The notes beneath the pieces are model-generated. The model was given only the letters and a program-made list of their open reading frames with translations. It searched no databases and was not told the DNA's origin. Made by a program: the position numbers and the translations under genes. Source: Phyllobates terribilis (lineage: Eukaryota). Taken from it: a stretch of DNA of 64,000 bases. How positions within the stretch are numbered: the stretch's first letter is position 1; the number at the start of each line of letters is the position of its first letter. The DNA lies in NCBI RefSeq assembly GCF_046119375.1, contig NW_027362768.1, forward strand, positions 276,768,001 through 276,832,000, in the 5' to 3' direction. Positions 15,281-28,599 of this stretch are shown here, piece by piece.

Positions 15281-16825
15281 ACTGTAAAAATGTATCCCAA
15301 TTTGTAATTCAAACATTTGGTTCATTTAGTGAATGACACATTCGAGTAGAGCTCACTTAATTTCCAGGGGGGGTTCTCCAGAATCTAAACCTTCCATTGC
15401 GTGCTTGTTTCTGGAAATCATCCATTGAGTTAAAATGGTCACTAAACCCATAGATGAATTCCCAGAGGGGTTTCATTTCCAAAATGGGGTCACTTCAGGG
15501 GGGATTCTTTAGCTCTGGTACTCTGAAAAGTGCCAGAACAGCATAATCCCTCCTGAAGTGACCCCATTATAGAAATGACACCTCTGTGGGAATTCATCTA
15601 TGGGTTTAGTGACCATTTACCTATCTACTTATTTTCCCACCACTAGATTAATTTATACAGAGGAGTAGATTGTAAAATTCGGTCACTTGTTGTGGGTTTC
15701 CTCTGTTTAGGTACCTCAGGGGCTCTCCAAATGCAACATGGCGTCCGCTATCCATTCCAGTCAAATTTCCATTCCAAAAGTCAAATGGCGCTCCTTACCT
15801 TCCAAGCCATGCCGTGCGCCCAAACAGTGGCTTTGCACCACATATGGGGTATCAGCGTGCTCAGGAGAAATTGCACAACACATTTTGGGGTCCATTTTTT
15901 CTGGCTGCCCTTGTGAAAATTAAAAATTTGAGGCTAAAGTAGCAGTTTTGTGAAAAAAAGTTAAATGTTCATTGTTTTCTTCCACATTCCAAAAATTCCT
16001 GTGAAGCACCTGAAGGGTTAATAAACTTCTTGAATGTGGTTTTGAGCACCTTGAGGGGTGCAGTTTTTAGAATGGTATCACTTTTGGGTATTTTCTGTCA
16101 TAAAGGCTCCTCAAAGTCACTTCAAATAAGATGTGGTCCCTAAAAAAAAATGTTTTTGTAAATTTTGTTGTAAAAATGAGAAATCGCTGGTCAACTTTTA
16201 ACCCTTATAGCTTCCTAACAAAAAAAAATTTTGGTTCCAAAATTGTGCTGATGTGAAGTAGACATGTGGGAAATGTTATTTATTAACTATTTTGTGTGAC
16301 ATATCTCTCTGATTAAAGGGCATGAAAATTCAAAGTTTAAAAATTGCAAAATTTTCAAAATTTTCGCCAAATTTCCAATTTTTTCACAATCAAACGCAAG
16401 TGATATCAAAGAAATTTTACCACTATCATGAAGTACAATATGTCACAAGAAAACAATCTCAGAATCAGGGAGATCCGTTGAAGCGTTCCAGAGTAATTAC
16501 CTCATAAAGTGACAGTGGTCAGAATTGAAAAAATTGGCCCGGTCACGAAGGCAAAAACAGGCTCTGGCGCGAAGTGGTTAAAGGGAATCTGTCAGCAGGT
16601 TCTTGTTATGTAATCTGAGAGCAGCACGATGTAGAAGCAGGGACCCTGATTCCAGCGATGTCCCGTACTGAGCTGTGAGTTGTGGTTTCAATACTATCAG
16701 TGTTTTATCAACAGGAGATTATCACTAGTGGCCTAGTTGTCTCATGCCATGTAGTCATCCTGCTTTGTGTAAGGACCAGGGGGCACTAACTACATGTGGA
16801 AGAAGGGCGATTCTGACAGCTAGCT

Positions 16826-16935
16826 AGGAAAGGGTTCTTTACAGTTAGAGCAGTCAGGCTGTAGCATACCCGACCACAGGAGGTAGTAATAGCGGATACT
16901 AGAACAGCATTTAAAAAAGGGCTGAATGCTTTTTT
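16826..16935 (+). mobile_element. Degenerate CR1 ORF2 C-terminal fragment
   Basis: Translates as RKGFFTVRAVRL*...EVVIADT..AFKKGL. Confidence 0.6.
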
Positions 16936-17605
16936 TCAAAACAAATGGCATTTTGTGTTCTAAATAATATAGCGGTAGATAAGGTATAACTGGCGGAGAA
17001 AGTGAACTTCATAGGTTGAAAAAAAAAGATAGAACTATATGTAACTAACAATTTTCAAACTTTTCATATTGAATGCCCTTAAACCATATAGTCATGCTGC
17101 AAAAATTTTTGACGTTGGCATCATTTTTCAAACGTCCTTTTATTTTGTTTGAAAAGTTTAGAAGCAAATTTTTTTATTTTTTTTTTTAAGGATATTTACA
17201 AAACTTATTTTTGTTCAAGAAAATAATGAAAATGTTAATTTTTTTTTTTTTCATAAAATGTTGCTTAAGCTACAAATTTTTAATTGTCACAAGGGGTAGT
17301 AGGAGAAATTAGACTATACAATTTGTTGTGCAGTTTCTCCTGCGTATTCCGATGTCCCATATGTGGCCATACACTGCTATTTGGGCGTACAGCAGGGCTC
17401 AAAGGAAGGAGCGCCATTTAGCTTTTGGAAAGTCTTTGAATAGATTATGGGCACCATTTCTAGAGCCCGTGAGGTTCCGGAACAGTAGAAAAAACAAAAA
17501 AGTTACTCCATTTAGAAAATCACACCCTGCAATGAATTAATGGTTGTAGTGACTATTTTAGCCCCACAGCTTTATTCCAGAAAACATCATGTGTTTTGAT
17601 ATTGC

Positions 17606-18525
17606 TGTAAGGAGATGGACAAATGGGAGATTTCCACAGTTAAAGCCCAACATGGTGTCTGCAAGCAAGTGGTGCCACCTACTGGTCAAAGATTGCAGGA
17701 CAAGAGAAAGTGGAAAGAATTGCATCAGCAGGAACTCTCTAGTGAAGAACATGGTTCCAGAGGGGAAGAGTTTAGAGGAGACACCAGGTCAGGTGATCGC
17801 TGTCGCAGTTAGTAATTATAAAAGGCCAATGAGGGCAGTGAAGGGAGGAGTTGATGCCTGAACCCGTAGCACGACGGACGAGTGATGTAGTTGGCTTGTA
17901 GCCGCCATTACGAGTGACTAGACCCGAGTGATCGAGACTGGAGCTAAGGTGATGGAGTGAAAAATCAAGTGATCTGGACCAGAGCCATGAGAAGCGAGCA
18001 GACTGTGCGAGAAGGACATTCTTGTTATCCGTGATGTGAGGGGTAGAAGTACGGTACACTGGAGACCGGGTCTGTGCTTCAGGGGACGGAGGTGGCCAGT
18101 GCAACTTGGGTTATAAGTGACTCACCAAGAAGGGACTTGTAGCACTATAGACTCCTATTAGGGCCTGGACAGCGCGTATCATTACTACCAGAGTGACAGG
18201 GTAATGACGAGGCGGGTACACAAATGACTGTGGCGCACTATAGGACCGAGTACTAGAACAGAGAGGCTTTCATCTATTGTACCTGTTTAGTGCCTTGTAT
18301 GATGGGGGTTTAATTGTTAGAACTGTTACCACTCCTTCTATCCGCAGGAGCAACTTGCGTGTAAATTGTAAAACATTTTATTGCACTCTAATAATCTGCT
18401 AACCTTGCTTAATTTTGTATCTGAATCATTCAAATTGCTGTGTTAGAGTAATAAATATAATCTTTAGTTAAGTTACCGCTGTGTCCTCATCTTCTGCGTT
18501 GTTGTATCCCAAGCTCCTGTTTACA
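17606..18525 (+). mobile_element. Solo LTR (probably Gypsy-type)
   Basis: TGTAA...TTACA termini, flanks TTGC/TTGT (4-bp TSD with one mismatch), AATAAA at about 18450; interrupts a piggyBac-like relic. Confidence 0.6.
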
Positions 18526-18964
18526 TTGTAGATTAAAAATTGCAAATATGCCAGCATATCTCCCATACAGTGTGCCCAGCTTCTGCTTCTGGAAACACCT
18601 TCCCTGTTATGCACCAATTATGTGTAAAAATGATTTTTTGTTTGTTTGTTTTTTATTACAAAACCTTTTTTCTGAGATTCTTTTTACTCTTCTATATAGT
18701 CCCACCATGAGACTTGAGCATGTTACTTTAATTGCTAGTCTAATGTTTCACACTAACACATGGACTGTTAGGTCCTACCAGAAACAGTATCTGACATGCT
18801 ACAAGGCCATTACCTGGCCTCGGTTTTTGCACAATCAGGAAAAAAACAGCAATGAATGCAAATACTGATGCTTCATGTTTCGTTGCATGTACATATCGCA
18901 GATCTGTTTTACAGACGTATAAACACTGAAGTCAACCACTATATTTGCATAGTCAACACATATA

Positions 18965-20578
18965 CAGTACAGACCAAAAGTTTGGACACACCTTCTCATT
19001 TAAAGATTTTTCTGTATTTTCATGACTATGAAAATTGTACACTGAAGGCATCAAAACTATGAATTAACACATGTGGAATTATATACTTAACAAAAAAGTG
19101 TGAAACAACTGAAAATATGTCTTATATTCTAGGTTCTTCAAAGTAGCCACCTTTTGCTTTGATGACTGCTTTGCACACTCTTGGCATTCTCTTGATGAGC
19201 TTCAAGAGGTAGTCACCAGAAATGGTCTTCCAACAATCTTGAAGGAGATCCCAGAGATGCTTAGCACTTGTTGGCCCTTTTGCCTTCACTCTGCGGTCCA
19301 GCTCACCCCAAACCATCTCGATTGGGTTCAGGTCTGGTGACTGTGGAGGCCAGGTCATCTGGCGTAGCACCGCATCACTCTCTCCTTCTTGGTCAAATAG
19401 CCCTTACACAGCCTGGAGGTGTGTTTGGGGTCATTGTCCTGTTGAAAAATAAATGATGGTCCAACTAAAAGCAAACCGGATGGAATAGCATGCCGCTGCA
19501 AGATGCTGTGGTAGCCATGCTGGTTCAGTATGCCTTCAATTTTGAATAAATCCACAACAGTGTCACCAGAAAAGCACCATCACACCTCCTCCATGCTTCA
19601 CGGTTGGAACCAGGCATGTAGAGTCCATCCATTCACCTTTTTTGTGTCGCACAAAGACACAGTGGTTGGAACCAAAGATCTTAAATTTGGACTCATCAGA
19701 CTAGAGCACAGATTTCCACTGGTCTAGTGTCCATTCCTTGTGTTCTTTAGCCCAAACAAGTCTCTTCTGCTTGTTGCCTGTCCTTAGCAGTGGTTTCCTA
19801 GCAGCTATTTTACCATGAAGGCCTGCAGCACAAAGTCTCCTCTTAACAGTTGTTGTAGAGATGTCTGCTGCTCGAACTCTGTGTGGCATTGACCTGGTCT
19901 CTAATCTGAGCTGCTGTTAACCTGCGATTTCTGAGGCTGGTGACTCGGATAAACTTATCCTCAGAAGCAGAGGTGACTCTTGGTCTTCCTTTCCCGGGGC
20001 GGTCCTCATGTGAGCCAGTTTCTTTGTAGCGCTTGATGGTTTTTGCAACTGTACTTGGGGACACTTTCAAAGTTTGCCCAATTTTTCGGACTGACTGACC
20101 TTCATTTCTTAAAGTAATGATGGCCACTCATTTTTCTTTACTTAGCTGCTTTTTTTCTTGCCATAATACAAATTCTAACAGTCTATTCAGTAGGACTATC
20201 AGCTGTGTATCCACCTGACTTGCGCACAACACAACTGATGGTCCCAACCCCATTTATAAGTCAAGAAATCCCACTTATTAAACCTGACAGGAAACACCTG
20301 TGAAGTGAAAACCATTTCCGGTGACTACCTCTTGAAGCTCATCAAGAGAATGCCAAGAGTGTGCAAAGCAGTCATCAAAGCAAAAGGTGGCTACTTTGTA
20401 CAACCTAGAATATAAGACATATTTTCAGTTGTTTCACACTTTTTTGTTAAGTATATAATTCCACATGTGTTAATTCATAGTTTTGATGCCTTCAGTGTGA
20501 ATGTACAATTTTCATAGTCATGAAAATACAGAAAAATCTTTAAATGAGAAGGTGTGTCCAAACTTTTGGTCTGTACTG
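18965..20578 (-). mobile_element. Tc1-superfamily DD38E (Intruder-type) element, frameshifted
   Basis: TA TSDs; about 265-bp TIRs CAGTACAGACCAAAAGTTTGGACACACC; same family as 40015..41639. Confidence 0.92.
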
Positions 20579-20732
20579 TATACACATAACCATATGACAT
20601 GCAGTACATACACGCATGAACACTGTGTGTATACATACACACATTTTCTATACATTTCCATAAATAATGTAGCTATTGGAGGGGGGGGGGGCTGACTTGT
20701 AGAGGCCAACCTGAAGTGGCTGCCATACTTAA

Positions 20733-21012
20733 AAGGGTTTTCCCACGAACAAAAGTTCATTTTAATAAATAGATCTTGGAATAATAATAAGTTCCATAAT
20801 TGGATGTGTTTAACTAAATTGTTCCTGTGCTGAGATAATCTTATGAATGTGCCCCTGCTGTGTACTGTGTAATGGGTGTGTCTGACTGTACAGGAACATG
20901 GTCTGATCCTACCGCAGTTCCTGGGCATCCAATTGTGGAAATTATTATTATTATTATTATTATTCCAAGATCTATTGATTAAAATCAACTTTTGTTCATA
21001 GGAAAACCCCCT
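20733..21012. mobile_element. TTAA-flanked MITE (Kolobok/T2-like); partial relative at about 45405-45600
   Basis: TTAA at 20729-32 and 21013-16; AGGG(G)TTTTCC...GGAAAACCCCCT termini. Confidence 0.7.
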
Positions 21013-21858
21013 TTAACTGTATTGGCATGCTCAGCTGAAGTCTTTGGTAGAGCTATTCCCTGTTCTGTGGGCTGCAGGTCTCTTTAGGCCTGCAGAACGG
21101 CAGGGTGACACACTAGATGGACCCAGGGTGGAGTGACGTCATCTCGCCGGGTCTCGAACGTCCTGTTTGTGCCGTGGTGCAATGACATCACCAGATTGGC
21201 CTGCCTGTGCTTTTCCTCTGTCTGCCGGTTTATTTGCCAGTATCTGCGGTTAGATTAGTATATGAGGTTTTTATTTTAAATAATACTTGTGGTGGACATC
21301 ATACAGCATGGGGACTACTGTGGCGGACATCATAGAGTGTGGGTGCATTATACTGTATATAGGGGACCTGACTGTCCATCATACTGGGTATTAGGAAGCT
21401 ATACATGTGGGGGTGGACTCGGGGGACATAATTAAATGTTAATTGGGCACTTAAAAGGAATCTGTCAGTAGGATTAACCCTCCTAATCTTTTTATATGGG
21501 CATGTATGTAATAGGAAGCTGAATCAAACAATATCTTGATATCTGTAATCCGATATCAGAAAAATGTGGAGATTTTTTAGCAATAAGATATCTAAATGAG
21601 CTGTTCCAGGCTATGGGCTGGACACTGATGATGTTTTGCCCCGCCATCTGCCGTGCTGAATCCCTCTAATTCCCACACAAGTGTACACACTGTGGCACAT
21701 GGGCTTTCTGTCATTGCTAGATTTCTGTCTAGTGGGTTGCTGGATACAGCAAGGCTGAGGAAAGAAATTCAAGGTAATAAGGCAAATCTATTATATATAA
21801 TAATAGATTTTAAATTGTTAAAATTCTAAACTTTTTTTTTTTTTTTTTTTTTTTTTAG

Positions 21859-21989
21859 GCATCTTAAACTTTTGTGCCAATAACTATCTTGGTTTCTCCA
21901 GTCACCCTGAGGTCATTCATGCTGGACATGAGGCATTGCGTAGTTATGGCGCTGGGTTAAGCTCAGTTAGGTTTATCTGTGGCACCCAG
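21859..21989 (+). CDS. GCAT: GCAT exon 2
   Basis: Poly-T tract plus AG at 21857-58; GILNFCANNYLGFSSHPEV...GAGLSSVRFICGTQ; donor GTGAGT; 131 nt. Confidence 0.96.
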
Positions 21990-22479
21990 GTGAGTGCACT
22001 GAATGAAAACATCCCTTTTTTTTTTTATTAGTAAGGTTCCTTTTACTTTGTTTCTTTGGTTTGACGGTGAGAGATGGGTTGGATATATTTAAGCTATTAC
22101 AAAGGAAAGCGGCTCCTGACGAGTAACCAATCAAGTTACTGAATTCATTCTCCAAGAAATCTTTGAAATATTTTTATCTCTTGATAATTTTTCTCTTTTT
22201 ATCCTTTAGTATTTTACAATCACTTTGATCTGGAGCTGTTTGCCAGACTTCAAAATTCCACTGCAGACTGATATTCATCCTCCACATTATTACATGAATA
22301 CATTTTTTCTTTTAGGACATTGATAGATGTAGAAAAAAAAAATCTTCTCTAGTTCCGAGATTCAGTCACCTAAAAGGAGGAATTACCAGTGAACTGAGAT
22401 GAAATACAATCCAAAGACACAGAATAACACCCCCACTTCCTTCATTGTACTGGATCCATCTTTAATCCGTGTATCATCT

Positions 22480-22649
22480 NNNNNNNNNNNNNNNNNNNNN
22501 NNNNNNNNNNNNNNNNNNNNNNNNNNNNNNNNNNNNNNNNNNNNNNNNNNNNNNNNNNNNNNNNNNNNNNNNNNNNNNNNNNNNNNNNNNNNNNNNNNNN
22601 NNNNNNNNNNNNNNNNNNNNNNNNNNNNNNNNNNNNNNNNNNNNNNNNN
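22480..22649. other. Assembly gap (170 N) in GCAT intron 2
   Basis: Run of N. Confidence 0.99.
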
Positions 22650-23430
22650 TTCTATATCTAGGGGTAACATTTCTCCTTGCAGAGAGTGATGTGTTAAGCA
22701 TGTTATGGTGAGGAGACTTTTAAAGCTGCAATGCTCCTCTGGGAAATATGCAAATTGTCTCTTCAGAGAGGTAGAGGACCAGAACTATAGTGCCACCTAC
22801 AGGAAGTAGCAATCCTAAAAGTCCATAGTGACCCTTTAACGAGCCTTATCACATGACTTAGGATATAAGCCAATACCAGAAACTCAATTTGCAGACACTG
22901 TGTTTTGGGGTACTGCCCCTCATCAGTGCAAAGTTTCTATCAATTCTGTGAAAAACAGGGACACTTGGATGATGCATCGTTTTTTTTTTTTATTTTTTAC
23001 TCATTCACTTGAATGGGAAAATTTGGGCCCCAGAGCAGATAAAAAAACTGACATGTCTCAATTTTTTTCTGACCATCAGACCTCAAACCTGAACCCAAAA
23101 ATGTACAATAATGTATGTCTAAAAAAAAGAAAAAAAAAAAAAAGAAGAAAGAGAGCCCCCATTCACACATCCATATTTCACATATTTGTTCTATTTGTGG
23201 TCTTCTCTCATAAAACAGGTACCGATTATAGTCTATTCATGCAGATGGACATTTTATTGTCCGCAAAAATAGCCAAATCCTGTCGCAGTTTGGTCTTATT
23301 CACAGACCAAACACACACATGTATTTGAATGGGTCTGTGGTGTAAAGCACAGGGCGCAGATGTGTGATAAAATCCAAGGCTGTGTGAACTCTGCCTTAAT
23401 TATCTTATATGTGTCGCTTTCATTCACCAG

Positions 23431-23532
23431 ACCATACACAAAAACCTTGAGGAGAAGATTGCACGATTCCACCAAAGAGAAGATGCCATCTTATACATAA
23501 GCTGTTTTGATGCCAATGCTGGCCTATTTGAG
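23431..23532 (+). CDS. GCAT: GCAT exon 3
   Basis: CCAG|; TIHKNLEEKIARFHQREDAILYISCFDANAGLFE; donor GTGAGT; 102 nt. Confidence 0.96.
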
Positions 23533-24463
23533 GTGAGTTATTGCAGTAAGAATCTGGTTTTCACCATATGCTTCCCAGTGGAGCTTACACTCTAATGCCC
23601 CTAACACAACAGGACCAATCTTAGCTAAAATGAGTTGCAGTAATCATTCATTAAGTTTTGTTTTAGAGAAAAAAAAAAAAAAATGGAATGTCTGGAATCA
23701 GCTAACTCTATACACTGACTACAGGTATGTGATCACTGTCGTTATTCTGTATCTTCATCTGCCAGAATTTACTGCTGATGGTTTCTGTAATTTAATCTTT
23801 ATTTGCAAAAAGCAGGAACATTTTAATTGCTCTTTGGTTTTGTTCACATAATGCTCTGCTGATTCTTTTGGGTGGACAAACTGCAGCTTACAGTACCAAC
23901 AAAGTGGCTAAGATTTGACCAAATCTCATCTATGTGCAGAAATTGACCTGCAGTTTGTTTTAAAATCAACTTATTCTGTGGATTTTTACAGCTGATTAAA
24001 TATAAGGCAAATATGCAGCAAATTATGTGACAAAATTTCAATGCAAAGGTTACCTTGGAATCCTTATAGACGGTCATGGACCCGCACCAAAATCCATGGC
24101 AGATTGCTTCAGAACAATTTACACTTCTTGTTGACGTAGTGTTAATGATGTTTTATTAGAAAAGTCACAGAATATGTAATAAATGCCTGACTGTTGGGGG
24201 GTCTCTATCTCTATGACCCACACGATCACTAGAATGGCCAAATTCAAATGTAACAGTGGTCTTGTATGCATCCTGCTGCTTCATGCGATATGTATGGTGC
24301 TGATGGAGGTAGTAGAGCGTCGTACCTCTTCCATTTCTGAATATTCAAGTTCCTGGTCAAGCTTTTTTTAAACTTTTGGTTGTGTTGAAATAAGGATATT
24401 ATTGGTTATGCGGCTTCTGCACATGCAAGTTGTATATTTTTTTTTCCCCCTCTTCTTCTCTAG

Positions 24464-24610
24464 GCCATGCTGACCCCTGAAGATGCAGTGCTATCAGATG
24501 AGCTGAACCATGCCTCCATCATCGATGGCATCCGCCTTTGCAAAGCCAATAAGTACCGGTATAAACACATGGACTTGGAGGATCTAGAGGCCAAACTGAA
24601 AGAAGCGCAG
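24464..24610 (+). CDS. GCAT: GCAT exon 4
   Basis: CTAG|; [49 protein letters not shown]; donor GTAGCC; 147 nt. Confidence 0.96.
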
Positions 24611-25029
24611 GTAGCCAACCCTGTAGTGATTTCTGGCCACTTGATTAGTCCATGGCTGTAGCAGTGTGCCACATACTGTCATTAGTAAAGTTTTTGCTAA
24701 TTTTGCCATCCTTGAACACTATAATGCTGTGATGGTTCCACTGTTTCCCTACAGTCACTTACTCTTACAGAGAAACTGCTGTTTTACCTGTGAGACTGGT
24801 CAGTACGTTGGTCTGAGTGGTCTTACAACTAAAACAGTTGTTTCTCTGCAAGAATAAGTGATTGGGCAGGGAAACAGTAGAAAGACCACAGCGGCACAGG
24901 ACTGCGTGTGAACACGGCCAAAACAAGCAGCGATCATGCCGTCAGTGAGAATTTGATTGTTGTTGGTAGAATCTTTTATGATGGCCTAAAAATTTTTCAT
25001 CTTCTAGTCATTACCAGACAAAGTACATA

Positions 25030-27881
25030 CAACCCCTGGCAAAAATTATGGAATCACCGGGCTCTGAGGATATTCAATCAGTTGTTTAATGTTGTTGAAA
25101 AAAAGCAGATCGCAGACATGGCACAAAACTAAAGTCATTTCAAATGGCAACTTTAGGGCTTTAATGAACACTAAAAGAAATCAAGATTAAAAATGTGGTG
25201 CTCAGTAAGGGTAATTTTTGCAGACCGAACAGAGGGAAAAAATTATGGAATCATGAAAAACAAACACACAAAAGAACACTCCAATACATCACTAGTATTT
25301 TGTTGCACCACCTCTGGCTTTAATAACAGCTTGCAGTCTCTGAGGCATGGGCTTAATGAGTGATAAACAGTACTCTTCATCTATCTGGCTCCAACTTTCT
25401 CTGATTGCTGTTGCCAGATCAGCTTTGCAGGTTGGAGCCTTGTCATGGACCATTTTCTTCAACTTCCACCAAAGATTTTCAATTTGATTGAGATCCGGAC
25501 TATTTGCAGGCCATGACATTGACCTTATGTGTCTTCTTTCAAGGAATATTTTCACAGTTTTTGCTCTATGGCAGGATGCATTATCAACTTGAAAAATGAT
25601 GTCATCATCCCAAAACATCCTTTCAATTGATGGGATAAGAAAACTGTCCAAAATATCATTGTAAACTTGGGCATTTATTGAAGATGTAATGACAGCCATC
25701 TCCCCAGTGCCTTTACCTGACATGCAGCCCCATATCATCAATGACTGGAAATTTGCATGTTCTCTTCATGCAGTCATCTTTAAAAATCTCATTGGAACGG
25801 CACCAAACAAAAGTTCCAGCATAATCACCTTGCCCAATGCAGATTCACGATTCATCACTGAATATGACTTTCATCCAGTCATCCACAGTCCACGATTGCT
25901 TTTCCTTAGCCCATTGTAACCTTGTTTTTTTCTGTTTAGGTGTTAATGATGGTTTATGTTTAGCTTTTCTGTATGTAAATCCCATTTCCTTACAGTTTAG
26001 TCACAGACATTGACTCCAGTTTCCTCCCATTCGTTCCTCGTTTGTTTTGTTGTGCATTTCCTGTTTGAGACATATTGCTTTAAGTTTCTGGTCTTGACGC
26101 TTTGATGTGTTCATTGGTCTACCAGTATGTTTGCCTTTAACAACCTTCCCATGTTGCTTGTATTTGGTCCAGATTTTAGACACAGCTGACTGTGGACAAC
26201 CAACATCTTTTGCAACATTGCGTGATGATTTACCTTCTTTTAAGAGTTTGATAATCCTCTCCTTTGTTTCAATTGACATCTCTCATGTTTGAGCCATGAT
26301 TCATGTCAGTCCACTTGGTGCAACAGCTCTCCAAGGTGTGATCACTCCTTTTTAGATGCAGACTAACGAGCAAATCTAATTTGATGCAGGTGTTAGTTTT
26401 GGAAATGAAAATTTACAGGGTGATTCCATAATTTTTTTCCTCAGAATTGAGTGATTCCATAATTTTTTTCCCTCTGCTTGGTCTGAAAAAAATTACCCTT
26501 ACTGAGTACCACATTTTTAATCTTGATTTCTTTTAGGGTTTCTAAACCACTTTACAGCCTGTGCCGTATTAGTACGCACAGGCTGTAATCCCCCGGTTCA
26601 GTGAGGGCTCCAGCGGTGAGCCCGGACTGAACCGGGCACATGTCAGCTGATTATTACAGCTAACATGTGCCCGCAACAGCCGCGGATGGAATCGTGATCC
26701 ACCCGCGGCTGTTAACATGTTAAATGCCGCTGTCAATCTCTGACAGCGGCATTTAACAGCGCCGCGCCGGAAGCGCGTCACTTACCCCGCCCATCGGTGA
26801 CCCCGTCACGTGATCGCGGGTCACCGATGGGTGGACATGATAACCCTGGGTCTGCAGCAGACTCCAGTGGTTGTCATGAGCTGGTCGCTATGAACGCCAC
26901 CTAGTGGTCGGCGCTCATAGCACAGGACCATTTCTGCTACATACAGGTGATCTGCTGATCATCTGTATGTAGCAGAGGCGATCAGACAAGTGCTGCTTCT
27001 AGTCTCCTATGGAGACTATAGAAGCAAGCAAAAAGTTTAAAAAATATAAAAGTTTAAATCACCCCCCTTTTGCCCCATTCAAAATAAAATAATGAAAAAA
27101 AACCCACATACACATATTTCGTATCGCCGCGTTCAGAATCGCCCGATCTTTTCAATATAAAAAAAGAATTAATCTGATTTGGTAAATAGCGTAATGAGGA
27201 AAAAATTCTAAACGCCAGAATTACGTTTTTGCTTGCCGCAACATTGCAATAAAATGCAATAACGGGCGATCAAAACATCGGATCTACCCCAAAATGGTAT
27301 CAATAAAAACTTCAGCTCGGTGCGCAGATCCCCAAAAATGGAGACGCTATGGGTCTTGGAAAATGGCGTTTTTTTTTTTTTTACCAAACTTTGGAATTTT
27401 CTTCACCACTTAAATAAAAAATAACCTATACATGTTTGGTATCTACGAATTCGTAATGACCTGGAGAATAATAATGGCAGATCAGTTTTAGCATTCAGTG
27501 AATGTGGTTAAAAAAAAACAACAAATATCTGTGGTATTGCACTTTTTTTGCAATTTCACCGCACTTGGAATTTTTTTTCCGTACACGATATGGTAAAACT
27601 AGCAATGGCATTGAAAAGTACAACTCGTCCCGCAAAAAATAAGCCCTCATATGGCCATATTGACCAAAAAATAAAAACGCTATGGCTCTGGGAACAAGGG
27701 GAGCAAAAAATGCAAAAAACGGAAAATCCCAGGGTTGCGAAGGGGTTAAAGTCCTAAAGTTGCCATTTGAAATGACTTTAGTTTTGTGCCATGTCTGTGA
27801 TCTGCTTTTTTTTCAACAACATTAAACAACTGAGTGAACATCCTCTGAGCCCGGAGATTCCATAATTTTTGCCAGGGGTTG
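25030..27881 (-). mobile_element. Tc1 DD34E element with IR/DR-type TIRs, internally deleted, with a TTAA element in one TIR
   Basis: TA TSDs at 25028-29 and 27882-83; TIR CAACCCCTGGCAAAAATTATGGAATCAC with internal direct repeat; ORF pieces 26001..26279 and 25292..25741 (D-34-E). Confidence 0.9.
26547..27745. mobile_element. Non-autonomous piggyBac-like TTAA element (1.2 kb)
   Basis: Flanked by TAAA (degenerate) and TTAA; termini CCACTTTACAG / (revcomp) CCCCTTCGCAACC; removing it restores the Tc1 TIR. Confidence 0.78.
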
Positions 27882-28166
27882 TATAATACTGCCATACAGT
27901 GTCCACACAATAATGGGGCATAGTGATTAGTTGTCCTTTGGAATAACTCTGGAAACAAGTCCTTGATTTTCTTGTGATAGATACTATTTTTTTTTTGTCA
28001 CAGACTACTTACTATATTATTGAATGAATCAGTTGACTATAGTTGTTATAATGGTTAGTTGTTACCAATCACCTGCTGATCACTGAGGTTGCCAGATTTC
28101 AGATCTTCACAAATCATACAGTTATCACCTATCTTATGGATAGGTAATATTCTGATAACTAATTAA

Positions 28167-28599
28167 TAGGAATCTGTCATCAGGTTTATGCTACTCCATC
28201 GGAGAGCAACATGATATAGGGGCAGACTCCCTGATTCCAGTGATGTGTCACTTATTGAGCTGCTTGGTGCAGTTTTGATAAAATCACTGTTTTACCTGCA
28301 GCAGATCTAGCAGTTCTCTGAATGCTGAGCTCTGTATAACCTGCCCCCACCACTAATTGGCAGCTTTCTGCCTATGCAGAGTGTACAAAGAAAGCTAAAA
28401 TTCAGTGGTGGAGGCGGGGTTATACAGAGCTCATTAATATGGAGGACTAAACGGCAGCAGGTTTACTAGCTCTCTAGTGATAATTTCCTGCTAAGACAGT
28501 GATTTATTCAAAATTGCAGCAAGCAGCCCAGTAAGTGACACATCCCAGGAATCTGGGTCTCTGTCTCTACATTATGCTGCTCTCAGATTAGGTGGCAGA
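28167..28599. mobile_element. About 430-bp Kolobok/T2-like MITE abutting DIRS-B
   Basis: GGAATCTGTCA start after TTAA; body homologous to copies at about 16582, 21455, 35958, 44583 and 46380. Confidence 0.7.

Noticed and set aside
22383-22711. ORFs containing long X runs
   Set aside because: They span the N gap.
24611-24616. Weak GCAT exon 4 donor (GTAGCC)
   Set aside because: Still GT with a strong exonic CAG, and the phase fits exon 5; not evidence of pseudogenisation.
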